A stretch of 62,745 nucleotides of DNA from Girardia tigrina. Lineage: Eukaryota. Shown here piece after piece: positions 51,554 to 62,745 of this stretch. Where the stretch lies: contig MQRK01252300.1 of the NCBI GenBank assembly GCA_001938485.1, forward strand, positions 11,319 through 74,063, read 5' to 3'. Numbering within the stretch: position 1 is the first letter of the stretch; each line of letters begins with the position of its first letter. Under the pieces are notes generated by a model. The model was not told the DNA's origin. It saw nothing but the letters and a program-made list of their open reading frames with translations, and did not search any database. Made by a program: the position numbers and the translations under genes.

Positions 51554-53207
51554 TGTTAGGGTTTCGAAAAATACATATGAACACTTTTGACAAAATTTTA
51601 TGTGGAAAAAATTTAAAATAATTCTTTTGGTAAAATTATTAATTTTAAACAAAATAATATTTAGTTTAACAAAATTTGGAATTTAAAATTAAAAATATTT
51701 TAGTCTTTGTTTTATTTTATCAATTTTTAAGACTGATGAAAACTACTATATAAACAGCAGCAAATTTAATTTAGTTGGCCCAAAAAATTCTCTCAACAAA
51801 AATAAAACCAATGAAGCAAGTAAACTCGTTATATAGAATTATTTTTTATTTACTATTCTTTTTTAGCTATTTTATTTGACACAGCATTTTAAACATTACT
51901 TGTATGATGCAAGTTGTAAGTTGAGAAATGACCACAAAGAAGTAGAATTATCTTTCTTGGATATAGGTTTAGAGTACAGAAAAGTAATCATACATCAATA
52001 GCCTTCGAGATTCTAGTGAACTAAAATTCGTAAATGAAACATTATATATTTTTTGAAGTACTGAATGATCTAGCAAAGATATTAGTCTTACAGTATGGAA
52101 TAATCAAGATGAAATTTCAGTAATTAATATCATTCAACACAAGTGGTAATTAAGATTTAAACTTTCAGCTGAAATTGTCTAATTAAAATCGTTTTAGTCA
52201 AAAAGTTTCATAGGAAATGCAAAATATGTTTTTCAGCGTATATAATTATAATACAATCGAGATATTTGAACATCAACTACTTAAAATTTGTGAAGCCATA
52301 AATACAATACTGAGAGGTAGAGAATTTTTTGTGGGAAAGGTCTGAAATTAACATTAATAAGTTCGGTTGGAGTAAATCTGATAGTGGACAGACGTAAATT
52401 TGATAATCTTTACCATTGATGTGATAAATAAAAATATTAGTAAAATTAAATTAATAGAAACAAGTAAATCAAGGACACAAAGATCAGAATTTTAAGAGAG
52501 GGATTTGGTTAAAAAAACTTAAAATTAAATTGAAATTATAGATCAATTTCATAGAGGAGCTTTACAAACTGTTGGGTATTAAAATCTTTAAACTTAAATA
52601 TTTACTTTTTAAAACACAAATCTTTAATCGTTAATCTGACTCCAATTAATCAGTAAGGACTTACAAAATAAATATATAAATAATGAACACAAATTCTTTT
52701 ATGAAACTTTATTTTCAAATAACAAAAATTAACACGTCAAAAATAATAATAATTAAATTCTTTGATGACAGAACACAAACACAAATCAATGTTTCGTGCT
52801 ACTTAACAGATTACAGTAAAAACTGAATCTCCAAAACGAAAGATAATTTTTAAATTAATTTAAACCTTTTTCTCCCATACGGGATACTTATGGTTTTATA
52901 GAAATTAAAAAAATATATTAAAGAACAATTAGTAATTTTATTTGACTTCATTTTTTGTTTAGTCGTTAAAAGAATTTTTAGGCAAACTAAACTAAATTTG
53001 CTGCTGTTTATATAGTGGTTTGCATCAGCCTTGAAAATTGATCAAATAAAACAATGACTAAAATATTTTTAATTTTCAATTCCAAATTTTGTTAAACTAA
53101 ATATTATTTTGTTTGAAATTAATAATTTTACCAAAAGAATTATTTTATATTTTTTCTACATAAAATTTTGTTAAAAGTGTTCATATGTATTTTTCGAAAC
53201 CCGAACA
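51554..53207. mobile_element. Unclassified DNA element with ~240-bp terminal inverted repeats
   Basis: 51554-51793 is the reverse complement of ~52970-53207 (GGGTTTCGAAAAATACATATGAACAC...); scattered mismatches; no intact ORF. Confidence 0.85.
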
Positions 53208-53260
53208 GAACTAATTCAGAAAACAAACAAGTAATGTGCTGTAATGAGTATATAAAATAT

Positions 53261-54054
53261 GGTACCCCGACAAAAGCGCCCACTAAAAAATACGCCCTGA
53301 CAAAATTGCACACTTTTTGAAATTTTTGTTTAAATTCTTAACATAACTAATTCTTAAATGAATTAATATTGAGAATCAAAAATACTTTTTAACAAGAAAA
53401 ATATTTTAATAGAAATATTATAAAATTAGATAAAACGAGATTTTGTGAACACTTAAAAAACGTGATGCCCAATAAAATATAAAAAAATTACAAATTGAAG
53501 TTACAACATGGTACAAAAAATGGACAATTTGTTCTCCATCAAGAAATTTTCCATCGACTTTAATAGATGATCTTTAATATTGTGACTATTTCCCTGATTA
53601 TTTGGAGGATAATTATATTGGAAAAATGAGACGCAACCGTACAGTAGTACCAATGTTTCCATTAAACGTTTGGAATATGTTTAGTAGAGTTAATAGTGAT
53701 TTACCACGTACAAATAATTCAATTGAAGGTTGGCATAAAGCCTTTCAACAAACCGTAGAGTGCAACCATCCTTCAATTTTTAAAATATTGGAACATTTTA
53801 AAAAAAGAACAGAATCAAATGGAAATAGAATATGAACGTTTTCAATATACTATCATTATATTGTTTAAATCCTAAATAATTTTTTTTAAAAATTCAAAAA
53901 GTCCTTTAATATTTGGGATTTAAACAATATAATTATAGTAGAAATAATGATGCTTTCTGTTAAGAATTTAAACAAAATTTTCAAAAAAGGGGCGCATTTG
54001 TTGGTGGGTGCTTTTGTCTGAGGCGCTTTGTCGGGACGCTTTTGTCGGCTCACC
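53261..54054 (+). mobile_element. Deleted MULE (Mutator-like) element
   Basis: TIRs GGTACCCCGACAAAAGCG / CGCTTTTGTCGGCTCACC with subterminal repeats; perfect 9-bp TSD ATAAAATAT; DYLEDNYIG...PMFPLNVWN...PRTNNSIEGWH. Confidence 0.92.
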
Positions 54055-54239
54055 ATAAAATATGTCACTTTATTATTAGATATATAGAATGGCTTAAGTA
54101 TGTACAAGATATTGCAAAGGTAATTAAATTTATATTATCTATTTAAAAATTAATATATATTTATAATAACATTTATATTTTTATTTATAATTATAGGTAA
54201 ATATCCGTAATATTATTAATTGCAGAACGATAAATCAAT

Positions 54240-54520
54240 TGAAAAAGTAATTCCCCAATACCGAGACATATTCATGGCAAACGACTTGGATATCGGTTGC
54301 ACAAACTTACTATAAAATAGAAACAGCAGAGGGTGGATATAATTATAAAACCAAGGAGACAAACAGTACACTTGGAGGATAAATTAGAAGAAGCAATTAA
54401 GAATCTAGAGGTAAATGGAATAATAAAACCATGCAACTCACAATGGAATACACCGATAGTATACGTTTGGAAAAAGGACAAGGACGAAATCAGACTATGT
54501 CTGGATTTTAGACAATTGAA
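54240..54520 (+). pseudogene. Gypsy RT N-terminal fragment
   Basis: GIIKPCNSQWNTPIVYVWKKDKDEIRLCLDFRQL; same family as the 38.2 kb pol. Confidence 0.85.
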
Positions 54521-55401
54521 ATTAATAATTTTAATATTTCAAAAATAAATAGTGTTTTAATAAATTTCATTCAAATAATAAATCAAGTTTTTAAATTACA
54601 AAATTTAAAATAAATTCAAAAAGATACAAATTTTAATTTTTTGATAATCTCATAAAGTTAGTGAAAATAATTATACTTCCGGTTTTTTGATAATTGCTTG
54701 CTAGAAATTTTTGATTTTTATTATTTATTATTATTGTTTTCATAAGAAATTCTTAATAAATTTAAGAAAAAAAGTTACCTTTACTCAACTTTTCAAAACT
54801 TTAGAGACTGTTGATATACTATAGAGTTTCTGAACAATAAGAGGAAACTATAAGAGGAAATTGTTAAAAAGACAAAAAGTTTGAAATATAAAATTTTTAT
54901 CGGAAATAGAGGTCTTTTGGAATCATTTATTAAAGAAAATGGAAATTTAAAATTGCAAAGATAATAAATAAAGAAAATAAAATAACCGAGAAGAATTTTG
55001 GGAAAACCAAAATTTACGAAATCGAAATGAAATTTTAAAAGAAAAAAAACGTTTCTCGAAAAAAAGAGAGTGGTTGATTAAATACTCAGACATAAATTTT
55101 AAGTCGTCATTGTAATTTGGTGTTAAAAATAAAATTTGAACTAATTTATTGACTTTTGTTTTCAACCGAGTGATACGCGAACCACTTCAACATTGTATAT
55201 CGACTTTTAATTAAGTATAAAACAATTTTTGGATTTTCCGTTTCAATATATATTTTAAATGAAGTATAAACTTCAATTCCTAAAAGGCGTACTACTTTTA
55301 TTCATTCATTCCCAAGCTAAAGTAGTATTATAACCCATTATGTATATAATGATCCAATTGTAAGTAGATAATAATTATAATTTATTATCAAATAAAAAAA
55401 T

Positions 55402-56899
55402 TTAAATAAAAAAAATCAAAATATTTACCAAATAGAAAAAATTAAAACTAAAATTTAAAAAACAAAAAATTGAAAAAAAATTTAAGAATTAAATAAAAAC
55501 ATTAAAAATTAAAAAAAAAATATTTTTTCCAAAATATAAACTAATTCTGTCTCAAAAACTTGTTACTTTATTAACAACGAAAAAATTATAAGATAAACAT
55601 TGATTACCTTAAAAATAAAAATTAATCTTCAACTGGTAAAATTTTTTTAAGTTCGTGACACTCGCAGCGTCCCTTGACAGACTTTTCCACTAATACATTC
55701 TTGCTTAATACGAAGAGTTTAATATGAACATTTAAGTCAAAAATTATTAGAAACCATCTAGTTTTCATGGGAAAATATGTTTTATTCTACGAACAGTGTT
55801 TATTTTGAACAATGAACAAAAAATAGTGTCAAATAAATCAATAATTTAAACCATTTTTGTTTAAATATTTCATTTTAACTGTCTTTTATGAACATGAAAA
55901 CACAAATTCAAAACGAAATAGAAAGGATTTCAGTAAGAGTAACAGAAATACCGTGTTTCGCACAATATAAGACACTGTACTATATTAATCGAGGTAACGA
56001 AAAAGTTAATAGGTCTTATACTAAATAGGTCTTATTATAAATAAATTATTATAAATTAATTATGATAAATATTTTTATTATAAATAAGAGTTTTATAATT
56101 ATAAATAAATAATGAACTCAGAANNNNNNNNNNNNNNNNNNNNNNNNNNNNNNNNNNNNNNNNNNNNNNNNNNTTTAAATAAAAAAAATCAAAATATTTA
56201 CCAAATAGAAAAAATTAAAACTAAAATTTAAAAAACAAAAAATTGAAAAAAAATTTAAGAATTAAATAAAAACATTAAAAATTAAAAAAAAATATTTTTT
56301 TCAAAATACAAATTAATTCTGTCTCAAAAACTTTTTACTTTATTAACAACGAAAAAATTATAAGATAAACATTGATTACCTTAAAAATAAGAATTAATCT
56401 TGAACTGGTAAAATTTTTTTAAAGTACGTTCGTGACACTCGCAGCGTCCCTTGACAGACTTTTCCACTAATGCAGCCTTGCTCAATACGAAGAATTTAAT
56501 ATGAACATTTAAGTCAAAAATTATTAGAAACCATCTAGTTTTCATGGGAAAATATGTTTTATTTTACGAATAGTGTTTATTTTGAACAATGATCAAAAAA
56601 TAGTGTCAAATAAATCAATAATTTAAACCATTTTTGTTTAAATATTTCATTTTAACTGTCTTTTATGAACATGAAAACACAAATTCAAAACGAAATAGAA
56701 AGGATTTTAGTAAGAGAAACAGAAATACCGTGTTTCGCACAATATAAGACACTGTCCTATATTAATCGAGGTAACGAAAAAGTTAATAGGTCTTATACTA
56801 AATAGGTCTTATTATAAATAAATTATTATAAATTAATTATGATGAATATTTTTATTTTAAATAAGAGTTTTATAATTATAAATAAATAATGAACTCAGA
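55402..56899. repeat. ~720-bp direct duplication flanking an assembly gap
   Basis: 55402-56123 and 56174-56899 are near-identical, with scattered SNPs and small indels, on either side of a 50-N gap. Confidence 0.9.
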
Positions 56900-57948
56900 A
56901 AGTAAATGAAGAAAATAAGAAATTACGTTTTTATTCATTAATATAGATTTCATCATCTTCCATTACATTCTCATCAATTGTTACATTTGATGGTTCTTCA
57001 TTACGATTCTGTTTAATACAAAATTCGCGTATTTTCTCACCTAACTTCTCATGCTTAGNNNNNNNNNNNNNNNNNNNNNNNNNNNNNNNNNNNNNNNNNN
57101 NNNNNNNNAAATACGTTTTTATTCATCAATATAGATTTCATCATCTTCCATTACATTCTCATCAATTGTTACATTTGATGGTTCTTCATTACGATTCTGT
57201 TTAATACAAAATTCGCGTATTTTCTCATCTAACTTCTCATGCTTAGCAATATAGGTTTCATTAAACTGCTTTTCGAGAGTGAGATTTTCGAGAGAGCGTA
57301 ATACTTTCTCAACTGTATCCCGAGTAATTCGATCCCAGGAATTCTTGACCCACCTTGCAACTTCTTAAATACCTGGCTTGACGTAATTACCCCTTTCACT
57401 TTTGATTTGTCTTAGTTCAATAAAATCATTTATCTCTTTCCTTAAAAAATCTTTAAAAGGCTTGTTGATAGCCAAATCTAATGATTGTAAGCAAGCCGTC
57501 ATACCTGAGGGAGTCATAACTTGATCAATTTTCCTTCCTCTTAAAATCTCTTTCATCGCTAGCGCTCTGTGTGTACTAGCATAATCTCAAATAAAAAGTC
57601 CTTTTCTACTACACCTGAAAACTAAAGGAAAAGTGATGTCAAAGTGATGCCATTTCCGAACAAATCGCAGGTCCAACTTCTTTTCTTTACAATATTCCAT
57701 CAAATTCTTGTTTCTTGATTCTTTAAGGACACTGATTTTGAAATTAATTGTATAACTTTTCCTTTTCATAATGGATGATTTAAATTTTTTAAAAAAAATA
57801 ATAAATGTTTTTATTTATACAAAATTGATTTTAAAAATTTAATTTTTAAATAATTTTAATTTAATTTGTTAAAAATAACTTAGAAAATTTGGCATAAATC
57901 TGTAGTAGGTCTTATACCAGGGGGTGTTTTATATTGTGCGAAACACGG
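56728..57948 (-). mobile_element. pogo/Tc2-like element, internally deleted
   Basis: TA-flanked TIR CCGTGTTTCGCACAATATAA(G/A)ACAC; MKRKSYTINFKISVL (HTH start) and PSGMTACLQSLDLAINKPFKDFLR (DDE_1). Confidence 0.88.
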
Positions 57949-58570
57949 TATCCATATAAATAAAACTTGTGATAATTAGGTGTAATAAATACATTTTTTG
58001 AAATATTTGACATTTTTATGTTAATAATTGTTCATTTTATTTTTTTAATATGTACATTTGAATAAATTGGAACACCAGTGTTCATATTGAACATGGTTGA
58101 TTGTATTTTGTTTAAGTTTTATTTATGTTTAAAAATTTATTTTACCAATTTTACCAGAAACATTTTAGGTCAATGTTTCACAGATATTTAAGAGACTGAT
58201 ATTTATTTCTATTACTATTCTGACCATTTATTTCATCATTTACTGTTCAAGTTTTGAACAGTTAAGATGAGTGAAACGTTCACTAAATCTTATCAGCAGC
58301 AGCAACCAATTAAGAGTTTTTCTAGGTTATATTTAGTTTAATTTTTGATTTTATAATTATTTAAAATGTCTTAACTGGATTTGCGAATCCTGAGATTTTT
58401 GAGCTGGAAAAATCCAGACTTACCTTAAAAATAATAAAAAGAAAAGACATTTGTTTATCCGGGCAGTTTTTTTATTTGAAATAAAGTTTTGATATTTAGT
58501 GTTGTTTTAATAGTCAACATATTTTGGAATTTTGAATCGATACATCATTATTGTATTATCATAACGTAAT

Positions 58571-59110
58571 ATGACTATTATGAAAGAATTTAAACGAATT
58601 TCTGTTCCATTGAAATTTAAAGATAGTATCAATCTTCTTCTCAAATCAGAAAATCTTCCGATAATTTCATGCAAAAATCGCCGACTGAATTTCGATCCTA
58701 CAACCCCGAAACTTAAGTGGGACAATCGATGTTTGATTAATTCAATCTCGAAATTGCCGGCATGAGACTTGAAATGTACGTTTTCGGATTTGGGTTTGAG
58801 TACCGATGTTGTAAATACCCTCAAAGAAAATCGATTCGTGTGTCCGACGAATATTCAAATTAGCACAATCCCAACAATCCTCATTGAAATGAATATAATT
58901 TTGGGCGGTAAAATCTATGGCACGATATTCGCAGCCAGTCTGAGTCCTGGAGATAGTCTAGTTGCGTTCATGCCGAAAATAAGTTCTCTCGGGAGTGTCC
59001 CCTTGGATACGCACTTCCGTTTGTACAAGATCAGTGACCCTGGTCACCTCAATGAGTATATTCAGAAACTGATGAGTCTGACGAACACAGTAGGCTTAAA
59101 TTTGGTATGA
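58571..59110 (+). pseudogene. DEAD-box helicase N-terminal fragment (Q motif), DDX28-like
   Basis: TFSDLGLSTDVVNTLKENRFVCPTNIQISTIPTIL...NIIL is a Q motif; upstream PIISCKN; in-frame TGA at 58763; no Walker A follows. Confidence 0.65.
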
Positions 59111-59252
59111 GGCTGATGTAATTGTGTTCGATTAAAGTATTCTTTTACTTTTGTAGAAATCACACTTATGTAACCAACTGATTTTAAATATAAACTCATA
59201 AAAGTAAGTGAAACTGTAAAGCACAGCTTATTTAATAAAGAAAATCAAATTC

Positions 59253-60857
59253 TCATATTGAGTCTGTTGTATCGTTTTCCAACAGTTCTATCACATCATC
59301 CTCTATATTCCTCGTTTCTTTCAAATCGGATTCCAAATTACTATTGTAATTATTTTTTATTATTCTTTCTAACTCGTCTTCATTTTCAGTTTCACTTTCA
59401 TCGTCTAAAGAAAGTGAATAATTTTCCGATTTATCAAAACAGATAGTTTGATTAGAATTATTGTCCCACATAACTCGAGTATTGTAATGTCCTAACTTTT
59501 TTATATGCATATAACAAAATTGCGAAAGAATATCTTCCAAACATGTTTTATCATTCGGTTTGAGTTTCAAGTCTTTCAAACCACTCACCAGAATGACTTT
59601 GGTTTTCAACAATCTCAAAATTTCCACTCTGATTTGGACAAATATAAATTCCGGTAGACAATTGACTTTTTCAAGAAGATTTGAAAAATACCGGGTCAAT
59701 TCTTTCGGTTTTTTAATGACAAAATGCAACAGCCACATTGTATCATTAGCGAGTAACGGTACAACAGATAGTAACTTATCTTTCGTCATCAAATGATTCA
59801 ATGCCGACGCTTGATGAATCAAACCGAATATCAAGCTAAAACAATTATCATGGTCAAGAATCACTCGAGTTTCGTCGGGTTTACCAAATCGCCTATTGAA
59901 ATTCGATTTTAATGCCTGAATTCGTTTTCGGTAATTAATTTGAAAACAACTTTTTGTTGGACCGAGGAAAAAACTATTCTGCTGATAGACTTGTATACAA
60001 CGAACGATTTGACTCGTTAATCTCATGTCTTTATCGTAGTAAAAGGCGAACCTTAAAAGTCGGCGAGGAATCGAGACCCACTCTTCAATTTCATGGTTAC
60101 GATATTGCGTGACCATTTGCTCATAGTACAACAAACTAAATTCATCGCTACAACTTGCGATGATCGAGTTTAGGAATTCCGGGGATTTTAAACTCGGTCT
60201 AATGACCAATTGAGAAATTGTGTAATCTATTATGTCCTTATAGGAAAATTTACAGATTTTAAAGGGTCTTCGATAAAGAAAATTGAAAGGTTTCAACGGA
60301 CTCCATTTACCTTCGAGAAGCATAGGACGAACGCAATCGAAAGATTGACGAAGAATTATAATACAAGGCGAATAAATTTGCAATAAATCATTAATCGTTT
60401 CCGATGAACTAATGAAAATATTCGTTACGTAACAAGGCTGATAGATGTTCATTAATCGTCGACCGTTTTGATCGCGAAGTGCGATTAAATTGCGAACAAT
60501 TGTATAAAGATTCAAGTAGATTGCGAGTGCCAAAGGCGTCAAATACATGATAACTTTTTCATGGAACATCGGTTGTCCGTATTGGGAATTCGGATTGTCT
60601 GGAATTTGGAAATAACTCGTTCTAAAGTAACCGGGATTTATCATTGCGATTTTTTGTATTCGTTCCCAACTGAGACTCCGATACATATTTATTATCCATT
60701 GCGTTTCAGAATGTTCAAATGGATAATACTGAGGAACAGAAAACACTTTCCCCTTAAATCCGTTTTTGAAAATTGGAGGTTTCGGTATCGGTCCTGACAT
60801 TTTAGGTAGAAATACTCCTTTATTGATGACGGGTAATTCGTCGAGATGCCGAAGCAT
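59253..60857 (-). CDS. Intronless 534-aa orphan protein with an ankyrin-like motif, possible SOCS-box-like segment and acidic tail
   Basis: A 1.6-kb open frame in very AT-rich DNA; LTPLALAIYLNLYTIVRNLI; ATG follows an AT-rich leader; AATAAA-like signal downstream. Domain calls are tentative. Confidence 0.8.
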   Translation of the reverse strand: MLRHLDELPVINKGVFLPKMSGPIPKPPIFKNGFKGKVFSVPQYYPFEHSETQWIINMYRSLSWERIQKIAMINPGYFRTSYFQIPDNPNSQYGQPMFHEKVIMYLTPLALAIYLNLYTIVRNLIALRDQNGRRLMNIYQPCYVTNIFISSSETINDLLQIYSPCIIILRQSFDCVRPMLLEGKWSPLKPFNFLYRRPFKICKFSYKDIIDYTISQLVIRPSLKSPEFLNSIIASCSDEFSLLYYEQMVTQYRNHEIEEWVSIPRRLLRFAFYYDKDMRLTSQIVRCIQVYQQNSFFLGPTKSCFQINYRKRIQALKSNFNRRFGKPDETRVILDHDNCFSLIFGLIHQASALNHLMTKDKLLSVVPLLANDTMWLLHFVIKKPKELTRYFSNLLEKVNCLPEFIFVQIRVEILRLLKTKVILVSGLKDLKLKPNDKTCLEDILSQFCYMHIKKLGHYNTRVMWDNNSNQTICFDKSENYSLSLDDESETENEDELERIIKNNYNSNLESDLKETRNIEDDVIELLENDTTDSI

Positions 60858-61338
60858 TTTTAATAGAATAATTTATTTATTGATTAAATAATTTTATCTG
60901 ATTTAAATATATTTAAAATTATATTGAATATTATGGCTTATTGTAGCTTAAAATTCATTTAATATACTTTATCAATTTTTAAAGTGCGATATACACCAGT
61001 TTCCCTTTTCATTAGGCAATTTACCATTTAAACTGGGCATCAGGGATTTTCAGGGGATTTCATTTCGGGGGATATTGATTATTACGTAATATTTTCACTC
61101 ACACATACACATACTGATATTGTTAAGCTTTTTGTGGTCCTGTAAAATACCGGTTATATATTGTTTTTTGTTTAACAAGAATGATAATTAGACACAGAAA
61201 TTACAATGTATTCGACAAAAATTGTAGAGTAAAGAACTTAATAACTACAAATAGAGCTAAATTTATATTAAAAAGTTAAGTCTTCGTTGGGATTGACAAA
61301 TTTTTTCCAGTACTTAATATTTTTATGAAAATTAATTA

Positions 61339-62745
61339 CAGTCGAAGCTGCTTAATTTCACGCTCCCTAATTTTACCAGCTGTGTAAATACAGACAAATA
61401 TTTGGAACAAAAAATCCTAGCTTTTATAGAATAAAGTCTACATAATTTCACATTTTTCTTATTTCACATTTTTTTAAAAGTTAGAAATTAGACTGAATTT
61501 AGAGTAAATTAGAAATTTTAGTAAATATGAATTTATAAATCATCTGTGTACATTTTTGCACAACTATTAAATAATATAGAATGAATCTTAATTTTACATG
61601 TCAAACTTCTATATTTTTGTCCCTTCAAGAATCAAAAAGACCTAGAAAATGTCAGTACCAATTTCAAATCAACAGCTAATAACAAGGATAATAATTCTGG
61701 CAGTGATTTTTAGTCAAACGCAGGTTCTATTAGTTAATCGTGTAAAAATGCTAACTGAAACTTATGTTTCAGTGAACTCTTAACGATATATTTAAATAAA
61801 TAAAAATATAAAAAATAAATTTAACTAAATTATATTGTATAAAAATATAATAGAGTTACAGAAAGAAAATTTAGGCAGTTGTTCAAATAGTTATTGACTT
61901 TATAATTGTACTAATCGTCAGTAAGATTGGCAGAAGACGCGGCTGTCGAATAATTCATTTTGCAATTGGAATTGTTGATCGAGCTCGAGAGACATTCTTG
62001 GGATAAGAATTGGTTGTTGAGTTTGTGGAATTTTTGTTGTTGATATTAAGGAACGGTAGATTGCAGCGGGTGAGGATGAGATTCAATGAATTGAATTTGG
62101 AAATTGCTTTGTTTATTAGAATAGAACCAAATAAAGGTTTCACATCCAAAAACATGTTTGAAAGAAAAAGACAAAGAAAGAATTACCATTAGATTAAATT
62201 GTATTGCATTTGTAACTAAAAATTTAAACGCACTATAATTCTAAAAAAAATGAAAAGTAACGTTGCTTTTAGATTATTAACCTTCATAATTTATTTAGTT
62301 GATTATTTTTTAATAAAAATGTATGGATGAACGCTGTCATTTTTCAGATTTGTATAAAGAAATGGGTTTTTGATTTGAGAAAACCTCCAAATTACCAAAA
62401 AATCTGTTGATATTAGACAATGCACCATACCAGAGTACAACTGGCTTAAGCCTTACCAAATTTGAATTATTATTCCTGTCATCACATACGACATCTAAAA
62501 TGCAACCCCTAGAGACAGGAATTACTTTATCATTTAAGAGAAGATATAAAAAACATTTAATAAAAAAGGTTATTTAGCAAATATTAAAATAATCCTGAAT
62601 CCCAAGTAAAACGGTCTTTAATAGAATATTTTAGACATGTGTTGGATGTGTATGTTTCGCGCGCGGTTATTAAAAATTGTTGAATTCATACAAAATTGAT
62701 ATCGATATCTGAAATCGCAGTTCTTTCAAGAAATGATGAAAAAAA
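61339..62745 (+). mobile_element. Decayed Tigger/pogo element running off the window
   Basis: TA followed by CAGTCGAAGCTGCTTAAT TIR-like start; LLILDNAPY...ELLFLSSHTTSKMQPLETGITLSFKRRYKK (DDE_1) at 62.3-62.6 kb. Confidence 0.75.

Noticed and set aside
55402-57250. Direct duplications around the gaps at 56124 and 57059 as real tandem repeats
   Set aside because: They abut 50-N gaps and differ by few SNPs, as expected for unmerged haplotype overlaps.
41395-58770. Recurrent in-frame TGA in coding-like blocks, suggesting stop-codon reassignment
   Set aside because: The intact septin and kringle exons use TGG for Trp, the 534-aa ORF ends at TGA, and similar decayed blocks also carry TAA/TAG stops and frameshifts. 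Pseudogene decay explains it.
59069-59092. CTGATGAGTCTGACGAAC as a hammerhead
   Set aside because: Stem II would have a 1-nt loop, GAAC replaces GAAA, and no flanking stems form.
1-62745. CRISPR arrays, rRNA, tRNA, operons
   Set aside because: No repeat-spacer arrays or recognisable structural RNA genes were seen; spliceosomal introns show the DNA is eukaryotic.

Overview
This is very AT-rich eukaryotic (metazoan) DNA from a draft assembly with four N-gaps; nothing prokaryotic, no CRISPR. Introns are bimodal (about 42-70 nt, or several kb), which would fit a triclad flatworm or similar invertebrate, but that is inference only. Host genes: (1) part of a multi-exon FN3-repeat plus kringle gene (+, 0.45-6.4 kb); (2) an 8-exon SEPT2-group (SEPT4/5-like) septin (+, 13440-31025); (3) decayed antisense multi-exon orphan genes in and beside the septin, including a paralogous pair; (4) a DEAD-box Q-motif fragment; (5) an intronless 534-aa orphan ORF with ankyrin-like and SOCS-box-like motifs. 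The rest is transposon debris: mariner, Tc1, pogo/Tigger, piggyBac, hAT, MULE, Helitron, Ty3/Gypsy, LINE and Penelope-like (PLE). The most notable non-coding signals are three minimal type I hammerhead ribozymes in PLE pseudo-LTRs, with compensatory stem changes and one copy enclosed in a Helitron, and a near-perfect palindrome with 172-bp arms. I cannot establish a wholly new system from sequence alone. All coordinates and translations were read by eye.
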